53,787 bases of DNA from Candidatus Giovannonibacteria bacterium (GCA_016176295.1 JACOXN010000007.1:1-53787), one strand, 5' to 3'; counted from the stretch's first letter, positions 35,938 to 45,397 are shown. Numbers and translations are program-made. The notes: generated by a model from the letters alone, not told the origin.

Positions 35938-36964
35938 CTTCGACAAGAACGTCGCGCAGCCTTTCAACGTCTTCCAAAATAATCCCGGTGCCGCGCACCA
36001 CCGCGCTCAAAGGATCTTCCGCCAAAAAAACCGGCATTTTAGTTTCTTTTTCGATGAGCTTATCGAGACCCCGCACGAGTCCTCCTCCTCCGACAAGCAG
36101 GATCCCGCGGTGCATTATGTCGCTTACCAATTCGGGCGGCGTGTCTTCCAGTGTGTCGCGCACGGCGCCCACCAATGATTTTACGGATTTAGAGAGAGCC
36201 GTGCGGATATCGGCGTCCGTAACAAGTACCTCCCTTGGAAGACCGGTCACCAGATCCCTCCCCCGAAGCGTGCCCTCAAGAACTTCGTTGGTCTTCCATA
36301 CGGAACCCACCGAAATCTTCACGTCCTCCGCAGTTCTTTCACCCACGAGCAGCTTGAACTCATCCCGGGCGTAGTTGATTATATCGTCGTTGAAGCGGTC
36401 CCCGGCTATTCTCAAATTTCTTGAAGTAACTATACCTCCCAGCGAGATCACGGCGATATCGGCAGTACCGCCCCCGATATCTATAACCATGTTCCCCACG
36501 GCTTCCTGGACAGGAAGCCTCACGCCGATAGCTGCGGCCATCGGCTCCTCCACGAGATAAACTTCACGCGCTCCGGCATCTTTTGCCGCGTCGCGAACGG
36601 CTCGCCGCTCAACTTCAGTGATGCCGGAAGGAATTCCGATGACGACCCGCGGCCGGGCGAAGAACTGCGTGGTCGGCGAATGTACTTTTTTTATAAAATA
36701 ATTCAGCATGTGGGCTGTTACCTCGAAATCAGAAATGACTCCGTCCACAAGCGGACGCATCGCCGTTATATGTGCGGGCGTGCGGCCAATCATGCGCTTG
36801 GCTTCCCCGCCGACGGCCACCACCTGCCCGGTTTTTTGATTGACCGCGACGACCGAGGGCTCGTTTATGACGATCCCTTCCCCGCGCACATACACCAAAG
36901 TATTCGCGGTGCCGAGGTCTATCCCCAGGTCTTTTGAAAATGTTCCGAATATCTTGTTAAACAT
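35912..36964 (-). CDS. mreB: Rod shape-determining protein MreB
   Basis: DLGIDLGTANT, EEPMAAAIG, DIGGGT, GGGG, CVV/AVVRGTG. Confidence 0.95.
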   Translation of the reverse strand: MFNKIFGTFSKDLGIDLGTANTLVYVRGEGIVINEPSVVAVNQKTGQVVAVGGEAKRMIGRTPAHITAMRPLVDGVISDFEVTAHMLNYFIKKVHSPTTQFFARPRVVIGIPSGITEVERRAVRDAAKDAGAREVYLVEEPMAAAIGVRLPVQEAVGNMVIDIGGGTADIAVISLGGIVTSRNLRIAGDRFNDDIINYARDEFKLLVGERTAEDVKISVGSVWKTNEVLEGTLRGRDLVTGLPREVLVTDADIRTALSKSVKSLVGAVRDTLEDTPPELVSDIMHRGILLVGGGGLVRGLDKLIEKETKMPVFLAEDPLSAVVRGTGIILEDVERLRDVLVEDEYDIPPD

Positions 36965-38177
36965 GCAGTTCCTTTATTTTAACCAGTTTTGTTTCCCTAG
37001 AATCCCGTCTTTTTAACTCAACAGAATCTTCTTTTAAAGTCTTTTCGCTGACGACAATCCTTAATGGTATACCAATCAGGTCGGAATCTGCAAATTTTTC
37101 TCCCGCGGAGCGCGGAGAATCGTCAAAAAGCACCTCGCTTACTCCCAAAATGGCATAAATTTCTTCGGTTTTTTGCCTGGCTTCCGCGGAATCCCCGAGA
37201 ACAATTAAATGCGCTTTGAAGGGAGCCAGGTTTTCCGGCCAAATAAAACCTTTTTCATCATGGTAAATTTCAGCCACCGCGCCCAAAAGCCTCGTCATTC
37301 CTATCCCGTAGCATCCCATTACGACGGGCTTATTCGCTCCGCTTTCGTCTTTATACGTCAGACCAAAAGGATCGGAATATCTGGTTTTAAGCGGGAAAAT
37401 ATTGCCGACCTCAATGGATTTTTCCTTGCGTAAATCGCTGTTGCCGCAAGTCTGGCATTTTTTAAAATCATTTATCACTTCGTCGTTTATTGCAGTGTGG
37501 CATTTGTCGCAAACATAAATCATGTCTTCTCCTGATTCTGTCAAAGTCTGGAATTCATCCGAGTACTTCGAGAACGTTCCTCCGGAGGCGCGCGTCAGAT
37601 AGGTCCTCTCCCCCAGCCCGACACGTTTAAAAACTTCAGAATAAACTTCCTGCATTTTTGCATAGTAGTTCTCAAAATTTTTTTCATCGCGGTGGAAAGA
37701 ATACATATCTTTCATCCTGAATTCGATGCCGCGGAAAAGCCCGGACTTGGCGCGAAGCTCATTCCGAAATTTCGTCTGGATTTGGTAGACCGAAAGCGGC
37801 AGATCGCGATAGGAAGATATGAAGTGTTTAACCAAGGGAACCACGATTTCTTCGTGGCTCTGGCCCAGCACCATTTTTTTACCGGTGGCCGATTCGATGT
37901 GGAAAAGCACATCGATGTTCTCTCGGCCGGTTTTTATGTAGTTGTCCTGCGGATGCAAAGCAGGCATCAGCACTTCCTGCCCGCCGGCCTTGTTCATTTC
38001 TTCCCTTACGATGTTCTCAATTTTATTTAAAACGCGAAGTCCCAGCGGTAAAAAGGTATAAACACCCGCCATTAATTTCTGCACGAAACCGGCCTGCTCC
38101 AAAAGCTTGGCATTGACACTTTCTTCATTTTTTGGCGGAGTTCTTAGCGTTTTTACGAATAGTTCGGAATGACGCAT
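36957..38177 (-). CDS. proS: Proline--tRNA ligase, short form lacking the INS editing domain
   Basis: LLEQAGFV, YQIQTKFRNE, F.MKD.YSFH, IEVGNIF, MGCYGIG. Confidence 0.92.
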   Translation of the reverse strand: MRHSELFVKTLRTPPKNEESVNAKLLEQAGFVQKLMAGVYTFLPLGLRVLNKIENIVREEMNKAGGQEVLMPALHPQDNYIKTGRENIDVLFHIESATGKKMVLGQSHEEIVVPLVKHFISSYRDLPLSVYQIQTKFRNELRAKSGLFRGIEFRMKDMYSFHRDEKNFENYYAKMQEVYSEVFKRVGLGERTYLTRASGGTFSKYSDEFQTLTESGEDMIYVCDKCHTAINDEVINDFKKCQTCGNSDLRKEKSIEVGNIFPLKTRYSDPFGLTYKDESGANKPVVMGCYGIGMTRLLGAVAEIYHDEKGFIWPENLAPFKAHLIVLGDSAEARQKTEEIYAILGVSEVLFDDSPRSAGEKFADSDLIGIPLRIVVSEKTLKEDSVELKRRDSRETKLVKIKELHV

Positions 38178-38266
38178 ACGCTAATAATAGCCTGAAAATA
38201 TCGCCAAACGCAAATAAAAAACCCCGAATCCATAGGATTGAGGCACAGCATGCTTTCTTTATGAAA

Positions 38267-38632
38267 TCAGAGGAGTTCGAGAAGGCCCGTGACTTCGTTG
38301 GCGGTGCGTTCGGCGCTGTCTGCGTTCAATTTTAAACGATAAACCTCACGGTCGCCGTCGTTTTTTACGTTTGATATCTCGGCCTGCAGTTTGCTAACCT
38401 GATCCGCAGTATCCTGCTTCACGGCCGGGATCTTCTCTTAAGCCATTTTGGCCCGGGTCTTCTGTCTCTCTATTTCTACCTTGCCCTCTTCGCGGACAGT
38501 GACGCGTACGCCGACCGCTTCCAAAGCAGCAAGAGTTAAAACCATGGCGTCGCGCGTAGGTGCGACGCCGCGCGATGCCACCTTAGCAACCGTGCGCCTG
38601 AGTGCGTATAACCCGAACTTTCTTGAGAACAT
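38267..38632 (-). pseudogene. Coiled-coil hypothetical protein with in-frame TAA at codon 65
   Basis: SD AAGGAGG-N5-ATG; 64 codons, TAA 38440-38438, 56 more sense codons to TGA 38269-38267, then a terminator hairpin. Confidence 0.6.
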
Positions 38633-38742
38633 AGAATCCTCCTTCTTTTTTTTACCATAAACTAACCCTAAAAATAGCCTAACAAATCAAGAAAAAAAAT
38701 CAATAGGTGAAATTTTAATAAAAACCTAAACCTCTAAGAAAG

Positions 38743-39822
38743 TCAGAAAAATCTCCTGATGTCCTGCTTGGTGACGAATATTATTAGAAGTAGAAGCAAA
38801 ACCCAACCTGCGAGAGCCATTGAATTCTGAACTTTCATTGAAAGCGCCCGGCCGCGGATCTTTTCAATCAGGATCAAAAGCTGCCTGCCACCGTCCAACG
38901 GGACGATGGGAAGCGCGTTTAAAACCGCGAGCGCCACGGATATCTGCGCGGCAAAAGCCAAAAGCGTGCCCAACCCCAATTGAACCAATTGCCTCGTCAA
39001 AAAATAAATTCCTACGGGCCCGGCTACATCCTTTGAAAGCCTGGTTTCAACAAAGAGCAGCCTAAAAAATTCTACGAGCCCCATGACCACGGCAATGATA
39101 AGATTCTTAGTCATTAAAAGCGCGCGCCATATAGATTGAAAAAACGGATAGCGGATAATTCCTGTCGTATCCAAAGCGATGCCGACCGGGCCCTCGCCCT
39201 CCGGAGGAGTCTCGCGCGAAACCACTGAAATTTCCTTGACCTCGCCTCCTCTCATTAGAGTAAATCCAATCTCTGTGTCTTTGTGCGATGTTATGAAATT
39301 CTGAACATCTTCCGTGGTTTTGGGCGCTACTTCATCCTTGCCAGCCTTCAACCCGGTTATTTCGTCAAGCAGCATCAGGTTCGCATTTTCAGCGGGCGAC
39401 CCGGGAGCGATTCCCAATATTTGCACTTTTACATCGGAAGCCGAAAGAGCCATCTCAGCATCGAGAGTTGTTCTCATCCCCGCGAAATTCGCGAAAGACA
39501 AAAGCACGAATGCAAGGACAACGTTCATGAGAACCCCGGCCATGATTACTTTGGTTTTCGGCCAGGCGCCCTGTCCGGAGAAACTTTTTTTGTCTTCAGT
39601 TCCTTTCCCATCCTCACCATAAATGCGGACAAACCCTCCCAAAGGAATCATGTTCAATGAATATATGGTATCCCCAATTTTTTTGCCGATAACACGCGGC
39701 GGAAATCCGAATCCGAATTCGTCCACCTGCATTCCCGCGCGCTTCGCCATTATAAAATGCCCGCCTTCGTGCACGAAAACGCAAACGCTAAGAATGGCTA
39801 AAAAAATTAAAAATTCGATCAT
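38743..39822 (-). CDS. rseP: Site-2 membrane metalloprotease RseP
   Basis: HEGGH, FGFGFPP, PLGGFV, PDZ domain, NALPIVPLDGG. Confidence 0.92.
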   Translation of the reverse strand: MIEFLIFLAILSVCVFVHEGGHFIMAKRAGMQVDEFGFGFPPRVIGKKIGDTIYSLNMIPLGGFVRIYGEDGKGTEDKKSFSGQGAWPKTKVIMAGVLMNVVLAFVLLSFANFAGMRTTLDAEMALSASDVKVQILGIAPGSPAENANLMLLDEITGLKAGKDEVAPKTTEDVQNFITSHKDTEIGFTLMRGGEVKEISVVSRETPPEGEGPVGIALDTTGIIRYPFFQSIWRALLMTKNLIIAVVMGLVEFFRLLFVETRLSKDVAGPVGIYFLTRQLVQLGLGTLLAFAAQISVALAVLNALPIVPLDGGRQLLILIEKIRGRALSMKVQNSMALAGWVLLLLLIIFVTKQDIRRFF

Positions 39823-39838
39823 AATTTTCTATTAAGCT

Positions 39839-39923
39839 AATCATCCTGAAAATAAATTTTTTAACGGCCTGTAGCCGAGGCAGCAGCGTAGGCGCTGTTA
39901 AAAAAATTATTTTCAGGATGATT
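39839..39923. repeat. 85-bp hairpin with 27-bp arms and GC-rich core
   Basis: 39839-39865 vs 39897-39923 match 26/27 as an inverted repeat. Confidence 0.8.
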
Positions 39924-39925
39924 GG

Positions 39926-40477
39926 TTAAATCTCCATGATTTCCCTTTCTTTCTTTTCCGCGACTGCGGCGATCTTCCCGTTCACCTCGTCCACAAGCTT
40001 TTCGAGTTTGCTCTTTAAAGAGAATTTTTGGTCTTCCGAAATGGTTTTCGCCTGGTGCTCATCCTGAATGGTTTTCCAAAATTCATCCCTTAGCTTGCGG
40101 ACCGTGATCCTCGCTTCCTCCATCTTTTTTCCCAAAAGCTTCACGGTTTCTTTCCGTCTTTCCTCCGTCATCGGCGGGAAAGAAATGCGCACGCTGTCCG
40201 TTTCGGCAACAGCCGACGTGCCCGGATTCGCTTTTTCCAAAGCGGACTGAATGGCCGGCAAAAGAGATTTGTCCCAGGGTTTCACCAATATACTCCTGGG
40301 ATCCGGCATTGAGAGGGATGCCAAATGGGAAAGCTGGTCTTTGGCGCCGTAAGCTTCCACCAGCGTGTCTTCCACCATACTGATATGCGCCCGCCCGGTA
40401 CGGAGATTTTTAAGCTCCGCTTCAAAGTGAGCCGCCGCTTCGCCGAACTTTTTTTCCGCAATTCCTATATCCATCAT
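39926..40477 (-). CDS. frr: Ribosome recycling factor
   Basis: LRTGRA, VEAYG, PWDKS, P.MTEERRKE..K. Confidence 0.93.
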   Translation of the reverse strand: MMDIGIAEKKFGEAAAHFEAELKNLRTGRAHISMVEDTLVEAYGAKDQLSHLASLSMPDPRSILVKPWDKSLLPAIQSALEKANPGTSAVAETDSVRISFPPMTEERRKETVKLLGKKMEEARITVRKLRDEFWKTIQDEHQAKTISEDQKFSLKSKLEKLVDEVNGKIAAVAEKKEREIMEI

Positions 40478-41160
40478 ATTATCATCATAAAATATTCTCC
40501 CAATAAACGCTTGCTCATGGTCGGGTCCCGAAGAGCTTCTTTAATTCTAAGCAGCTCTTGGGTTTTGTAAATAGCGTCCGCTGAATGTTCTTTTTTCAGC
40601 TTCGTTCCGAATGAACAAAGCGCCCTGGAAACCAGAGTTTCAAGCCCGCCGTCCTCCGCCAGTTTCGCCGCCCTGGAAAAACGCTCGCTGTAGGAAAGTT
40701 TTTGGATTTTCAAAAGCTCCTCACTGTCTTTCGGCTCAGAATTTGACCAGAAGCGAAGATGCGAGAACCGCGACCTTATTGTGGAGAGTATTAGATTGAA
40801 ATTCTGTGAAGTTGCGATAAACAGTGAACTGTCCGAAGGATCCTCCAAAAGTTTAAGTAAAATAGGCGCCGCGTCTCTGGTTAAATTTTCGATGTTCCTT
40901 ATCAGGAAAACATTCTTCTTGGCGCTTATCGGAGACCTTCCGGCGGAGGCTCTCAATTCCCGCACTTCCTTTATTGAAATACTCGGGCTAGCCAATTCAT
41001 AAAAATCCGGCTCACGCTTGTAATCTGCGCCGATGGCCGAGCAAATTAAAAACTCAAGCGCCGTATTTTTCGCTTCTTCGTCCCTTCCGGAAAACAAATA
41101 AGCGTGCGGGAGCACGCCCCGCTCTACCTGTTTTTTTAATATTCCGAAAGGTCTCTGCAT
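40474..41160 (-). CDS. holB: DNA polymerase III delta-prime-like subunit (short)
   Basis: LPHAYLFSG, ISIKEVREL, LLKLLEDP, ILSTIRSR. Confidence 0.8.
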   Translation of the reverse strand: MQRPFGILKKQVERGVLPHAYLFSGRDEEAKNTALEFLICSAIGADYKREPDFYELASPSISIKEVRELRASAGRSPISAKKNVFLIRNIENLTRDAAPILLKLLEDPSDSSLFIATSQNFNLILSTIRSRFSHLRFWSNSEPKDSEELLKIQKLSYSERFSRAAKLAEDGGLETLVSRALCSFGTKLKKEHSADAIYKTQELLRIKEALRDPTMSKRLLGEYFMMII

Positions 41161-42174
41161 TTAACGCTTGGCTATGATGCTTTTTTTATAGGCATCGAGG
41201 TGTTCCAGAGCGATGCCCGTGCCTTTGGCTACGCAAAAGAGCGCATCTTTGGCTACATTGGCGGGCACACCTGTTGAGCGCGAAACCAAAACATTGAGAT
41301 TGCGCAGTAACGAACCGCCGCCGGTCATGGTTATTCCTCTTTCAATGATATCGCTCGCCAGCTCCGGCGGGGTCTGGTGCAAAACCTGCTTAATTGCTTT
41401 TATCATATCTCTCAGTTCATTCTCGATCGCTTTTACAACTTCGTTGGTATGGATGTCCACGGCGCGCGGCAATCCTGTAAGAAAATCACGCCCTTTTATC
41501 GTATGTGTAAGCTCCTCCTCCATTGGTATTGCGGAACCGATCGCTATTTTTATTTCTTCAGCGGTTCTGTCTCCAATGGCGAGATTGTAGTGTTTTTTTA
41601 TGTAATCGGCGATGGCCTGGTCGATCTTATTCCCAGCCACTTTTACCGAAATAGAACTTACGATTCCTCCCAGCGAAATTACAGCGGCATCAATTGTTCC
41701 TCCGCCAATATCCACCACCATGTGTCCCTGTGGCTCATGGATGGGAATCCCCGCGCCGATGGCTGCCAAGATCGGTTCCTTTACGACATATGCCGCTTTG
41801 GCGCCGGCTTTCACGGCCGCCTCAACTACGGATCTTCTTTCCGTAGATGTAACTCCGGCCGGCACCGAAACCAAAACTTCCGGTTTTAACAAATTATATT
41901 TGCCGGTGGATTTTCCGATAAAATATCGGAGCATTGCTTCGGTCACGCGGTAATCCGCGATAACCCCGTCCTTCATCGGACGATACGCGACTATGGTTTC
42001 GGGTGTGCGCCCTATCATCACTTTAGCTTCGTTCCCCACGGCTAAAACTTTATTGTCCGGAAAAGAAACCGCCACAACCGATGGTTCATTGATAACCACT
42101 CCTTTGCCGGGTTTGTACACCAAAGTGTTGGCGGTTCCCAGATCTATTCCTATTTTTTTTACGAAAAAAGACAT
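41161..42174 (-). CDS. Second MreB/Mbl-like actin homolog
   Basis: IGIDLGTANT, KEPILAAIG, DIGGGT, TGGGSLL, CVAKGTG. Confidence 0.92.
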   Translation of the reverse strand: MSFFVKKIGIDLGTANTLVYKPGKGVVINEPSVVAVSFPDNKVLAVGNEAKVMIGRTPETIVAYRPMKDGVIADYRVTEAMLRYFIGKSTGKYNLLKPEVLVSVPAGVTSTERRSVVEAAVKAGAKAAYVVKEPILAAIGAGIPIHEPQGHMVVDIGGGTIDAAVISLGGIVSSISVKVAGNKIDQAIADYIKKHYNLAIGDRTAEEIKIAIGSAIPMEEELTHTIKGRDFLTGLPRAVDIHTNEVVKAIENELRDMIKAIKQVLHQTPPELASDIIERGITMTGGGSLLRNLNVLVSRSTGVPANVAKDALFCVAKGTGIALEHLDAYKKSIIAKR

Positions 42175-42199
42175 TATGATTGGATATTTACGCTTAAAT

Positions 42200-43429
42200 C
42201 TAAATCCTTTCGATGTCCGCCCCCAGAGAGCGAAGCCTTGTATCTATTCTTTCATATCCGCGGTCAATTTGATAGATATTGCCGATTTGTGATTCACCTT
42301 CCGCCACCAGCGCGGCCATAACATAAGCCAGACCCGCTCTTAGATCAGGGCTTTCCAAAACTTTCCCTCTCAGCTTTGAGGGGCCGCTAACTATGGCCCG
42401 GTGCGGATCACACAAGGCTATCTTAGCACCCATTCTATTTAAATCTTCAATATGATTCAAGCGACCTTCAAAAATTGTCTCATGGATAAGTCCCTGACCT
42501 TCGGCCTGTGTGAGAAGCACCATAAATGGCGCCTGAAGATCAGTCGCGAATCCCGGATAAACCTGTGTTTTAACATCAACCGCATTTAAATGCTCGGACT
42601 TGCCGACAACAATATAATTCGTCCCTGTCTCGAGATAAGCGCCGGCGTTCTGAAGAACCGAAAGCAGGGAAGATATTTCGTGTGTATTGCAATTTTTGAT
42701 CTTCAATTTTTTTGCAGCCAGCGCTCCTAAAATAGCGAAGCTTCCCGCTTCTATCCTGTCAGGAGGATCAATGAAAGGTTCTTTGGGGATAAGAAGCTCA
42801 CCTTCCCTTCCTTCCACAATGACAGTGTGAGTTCCGGCTCCGGTAATTTTCGCGCCGTTCCTGTTTAAAAATTCTTCGAGGTAAGCAATTTCAGGCTCCA
42901 TGGCCGCGTTCCTGAGAACAGTCGTGCCGCGCGCCAATACGGCCGTCATTATAAGTCCCGCGGTTCCCGTAACACTGGGGACGCGTAAAGTGTGGTCGCA
43001 CCCCCTCAACCCGTGCGGAGCTTTAATATTATAAACTTCCGTGCCATGCGCGGTTTGTCCGGCCGCTTCAATTTCCGCTCCCATATTTTCCCAACCTTCA
43101 AGAAAAACATCGATGGGCCGCGCTCCTATTACGCATCCGCCCGGATGCGGAAAAACTGCTTTGCCGAAACGGGCCAGCGCGGGCCCCACCGTAAGTATGG
43201 AAGCCCGAAAGCGCTTTGCAATATCCAAATCTATCTCCCCCTTTGCTTCTATACCCGAAAGAAGTTCGCGCATTCTTTTGATGTCTTCTATTTCCGGAAG
43301 GTTTAGAAAATCAATTTTGCCTTTGAATAATAATGAAGCCGGCATAGCGACCAAAGCCGCGTTCTTCGAGCCGGATACCTCGATTTCTCCTTCAAGAATG
43401 TTCCCCCCACGCACCAGAAATTTATCCAT
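42200..43429 (-). CDS. murA: UDP-GlcNAc 1-carboxyvinyltransferase
   Basis: GSKNAAL, FRASI, PGGCVIGARPID (catalytic Cys), PDRIEAG, YPGFATDLQ, DLRAG, IDRGYE. Confidence 0.95.
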   Translation of the reverse strand: MDKFLVRGGNILEGEIEVSGSKNAALVAMPASLLFKGKIDFLNLPEIEDIKRMRELLSGIEAKGEIDLDIAKRFRASILTVGPALARFGKAVFPHPGGCVIGARPIDVFLEGWENMGAEIEAAGQTAHGTEVYNIKAPHGLRGCDHTLRVPSVTGTAGLIMTAVLARGTTVLRNAAMEPEIAYLEEFLNRNGAKITGAGTHTVIVEGREGELLIPKEPFIDPPDRIEAGSFAILGALAAKKLKIKNCNTHEISSLLSVLQNAGAYLETGTNYIVVGKSEHLNAVDVKTQVYPGFATDLQAPFMVLLTQAEGQGLIHETIFEGRLNHIEDLNRMGAKIALCDPHRAIVSGPSKLRGKVLESPDLRAGLAYVMAALVAEGESQIGNIYQIDRGYERIDTRLRSLGADIERI

Positions 43430-43508
43430 CCCGTTAGAAATTATGCCAATAATCTCCGTGGATTATCCCAGCCATCAATAACCAGTTTTTGGTTATTTCT
43501 AACGGGAT
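43428..43508. promoter_or_regulatory. 14-bp inverted repeat enclosing the murA translation initiation region
   Basis: ATCCCGTTAGAAAT (43428-43441) / ATTTCTAACGGGAT (43495-43508) with two inner hairpins. Confidence 0.55.
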
Positions 43509-43601
43509 CCATGCATCAAACTTACGGCATTTTCCGTAAAGAATCAAATATTGAATAATATTGGAATTTTTGATACTTTATTACAAGGAAGGAGAGTACA
43601 A

Positions 43602-43802
43602 ATGGAAACGATAATCTGTGAAAGCAGCACATCATTACAATTGCCGGACGGCGCCACCATTGAAATCAGCATTTTCCGGCATATGACCAAAATCGAAGTA
43701 CAAAAAGACAATGCAAATGTACATATAATCATAGGCAGAGAAAAAAACAATAACATTCGGGTCGAGACAGAAGGGCTGTATCAGAACAGAGACCGGATAT
43801 AA
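43602..43802 (+). CDS. 66-aa hypothetical protein
   Basis: ATG 43602 after AAGGAAGGAG; followed by the terminator at 43850-43874. Confidence 0.6.
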   Translation: METIICESSTSLQLPDGATIEISIFRHMTKIEVQKDNANVHIIIGREKNNNIRVETEGLYQNRDRI

Positions 43803-43849
43803 TCCCTTCGAACAGATGGCCTTATCCCGAATGACCTTACCCAGAAGGT

Positions 43850-43874
43850 AAACCGTCGTAAAGACGGTTTTTTT
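43850..43874 (+). terminator. Intrinsic terminator
   Basis: AAACCGTC-GTAAA-GACGGTTT-TTTT. Confidence 0.65.
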
Positions 43875-43906
43875 ACTAGAGCTATAAATAAAGTTCATAA
43901 ATTTCG

Positions 43907-43931
43907 ACAAAAAAAGCGCTTTAGCGCTGTG
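43907..43931. repeat. Direct repeat copy 1 (ACAAAAAAAGCGC-TTTAGCGCT-GTG)
   Basis: Nearly identical to 44598-44623; reads as a short terminator on the minus strand. Confidence 0.6.
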
Positions 43932-44025
43932 TGGATATCATTGACTTTTCATCTTTTATTTGATATATTGAGAATATTCATACGAAAAAGCACCTCTCTG
44001 GGTTCCGTCCCTTAGCGGTGTTTTT

Positions 44026-44514
44026 TCATTTATATTCCAGTTTTTGTCGAAGATTGCTCATAAAGACTATTCTCTCTTTAGCTTCTTTTTTAAGAAGCGA
44101 TGAGCAAGTATCAATATAGGGGCTCATAACAAACCGCAGCTTTTTGTTCTGATAGAGATGCTTAACCAACGAATAGAAATCTCCATCACTAGACACGATA
44201 ATCGCCTGATTAAAATTAGAAATATCTAACATTGTTTGGAGCACGAGGTCTGCATCAACGTTTCCTTTGATGTTTCCATTTCCATCTGGGATGGTTGGCT
44301 TCAAAATCAGAACATAGCCCGCTTTCTGAAGTTCAGAGTAAAGCGGCTGGTTGCCCGGTACATATCCAACAAAATAATAAGCTGTGGTTACACAATATTT
44401 TTCTCGTAAATATTTTCTGAATCGAGCAAAATTTAATTTCCAACCCAAGCTCTGAATACCGAGATTGAGATTTTGCCCGTCAATGAATGCGAAATTATTT
44501 ATATTTTGTTGCAT
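44026..44514 (-). CDS. NYN domain protein (LabA/DUF88, PIN-like fold)
   Basis: NFAFIDGQNL, KGNVDADLV, IVSSDGDF motifs. Confidence 0.88.
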   Translation of the reverse strand: MQQNINNFAFIDGQNLNLGIQSLGWKLNFARFRKYLREKYCVTTAYYFVGYVPGNQPLYSELQKAGYVLILKPTIPDGNGNIKGNVDADLVLQTMLDISNFNQAIIVSSDGDFYSLVKHLYQNKKLRFVMSPYIDTCSSLLKKEAKERIVFMSNLRQKLEYK

Positions 44515-44597
44515 TTATATTGAGTATATTCTCATAAATCATGCCATTTCACAACTCAAAAAACAGCTTGGTTAAGCCACGGGCATGAACATTAAAC

Positions 44598-44623
44598 ACA
44601 AAAAAAGCGCGTTTAGCGCTATG
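44598..44623. repeat. Direct repeat copy 2 (ACAAAAAAAGCGCGTTTAGCGCTATG)
   Basis: One insertion and one substitution relative to copy 1. Confidence 0.6.
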
Positions 44624-44633
44624 TTTTACTAAT

Positions 44634-44867
44634 TTATGATTCTGGATCAAAAAATCTTGACCAAATGTACATCAGAATAACCAACGAAATTATGGCCAAA
44701 AGGCCCATACTGCCCCCTACAATAAAAATATTGGTGTGGTTTGGCGTAAAACCCAATACAGGTTCGATCCGCGAAGTAGGAAACCGCGACCAAATCCAGT
44801 TGAGTGTAATAACATCGAAAAACAATATGACAATAACACAAAAGGAGTAAAGTGCGTTAGCTCTCAT
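44634..44867 (-). CDS. 77-aa two-TM hypothetical protein
   Basis: SD GAGGAGG upstream; two hydrophobic segments. Confidence 0.6.
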   Translation of the reverse strand: MRANALYSFCVIVILFFDVITLNWIWSRFPTSRIEPVLGFTPNHTNIFIVGGSMGLLAIISLVILMYIWSRFFDPES

Positions 44868-44910
44868 TCTGCCTCCTCAATTCTACAGGTGAGGATAGCA
44901 TCTTCCCAAT

Positions 44911-45390
44911 TTAAAGCAAAATGATGCCGAGGATGGGAAGCACCTGCCACCAAATGGCATATGGATCGGAGAAAAATTTTAAATTGTCGGGAGGAACGCC
45001 GGTAAGATCAGAATTTAAAGCCCCTGCTGGCGCGGTGCCAACCAGAAGAACCGTAAAAAACCCGGCGTAAAGCGCCGAAAGCAAGAGTACTTCCCACCAG
45101 ACGCTGTCGTCATCCCGCACGAGATATTTTCTTGAAAGTAAAAAAGAAAGAATTATCCACAGGAGAGCCAAAACCCCTCCTTTGATAAGGAAAGCTTCTT
45201 CGGGAGCCCTTCCGGCGCCCAAAAGCAGTTCGGAAGGAATAAGCGGGAAAAGCAAAGCCAGTACATAAAGCGCCATTATCATGCCTTTTAAGACGTATTT
45301 GCCTTTTTGAATTCCCAAAAAAAACCCTGCCGAAACAAGGAACAAAAGAAAAATATACCCCCAGCCGATGGATGACAAAACTTGCTGCAT
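44911..45390 (-). CDS. Multi-pass membrane hypothetical protein
   Basis: ATG 45390 (MQQVLSSIGW) lies 7 nt after the duplicated dnaJ stop; host-like composition. Confidence 0.7.
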   Translation of the reverse strand: MQQVLSSIGWGYIFLLFLVSAGFFLGIQKGKYVLKGMIMALYVLALLFPLIPSELLLGAGRAPEEAFLIKGGVLALLWIILSFLLSRKYLVRDDDSVWWEVLLLSALYAGFFTVLLVGTAPAGALNSDLTGVPPDNLKFFSDPYAIWWQVLPILGIILL

Positions 45391-45397
45391 GTATATA

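Noticed and set aside
35912-42174. Two mreB genes as a novelty or misassembly
   Set aside because: The proteins are clearly diverged paralogs, and multiple MreB-like genes are common.
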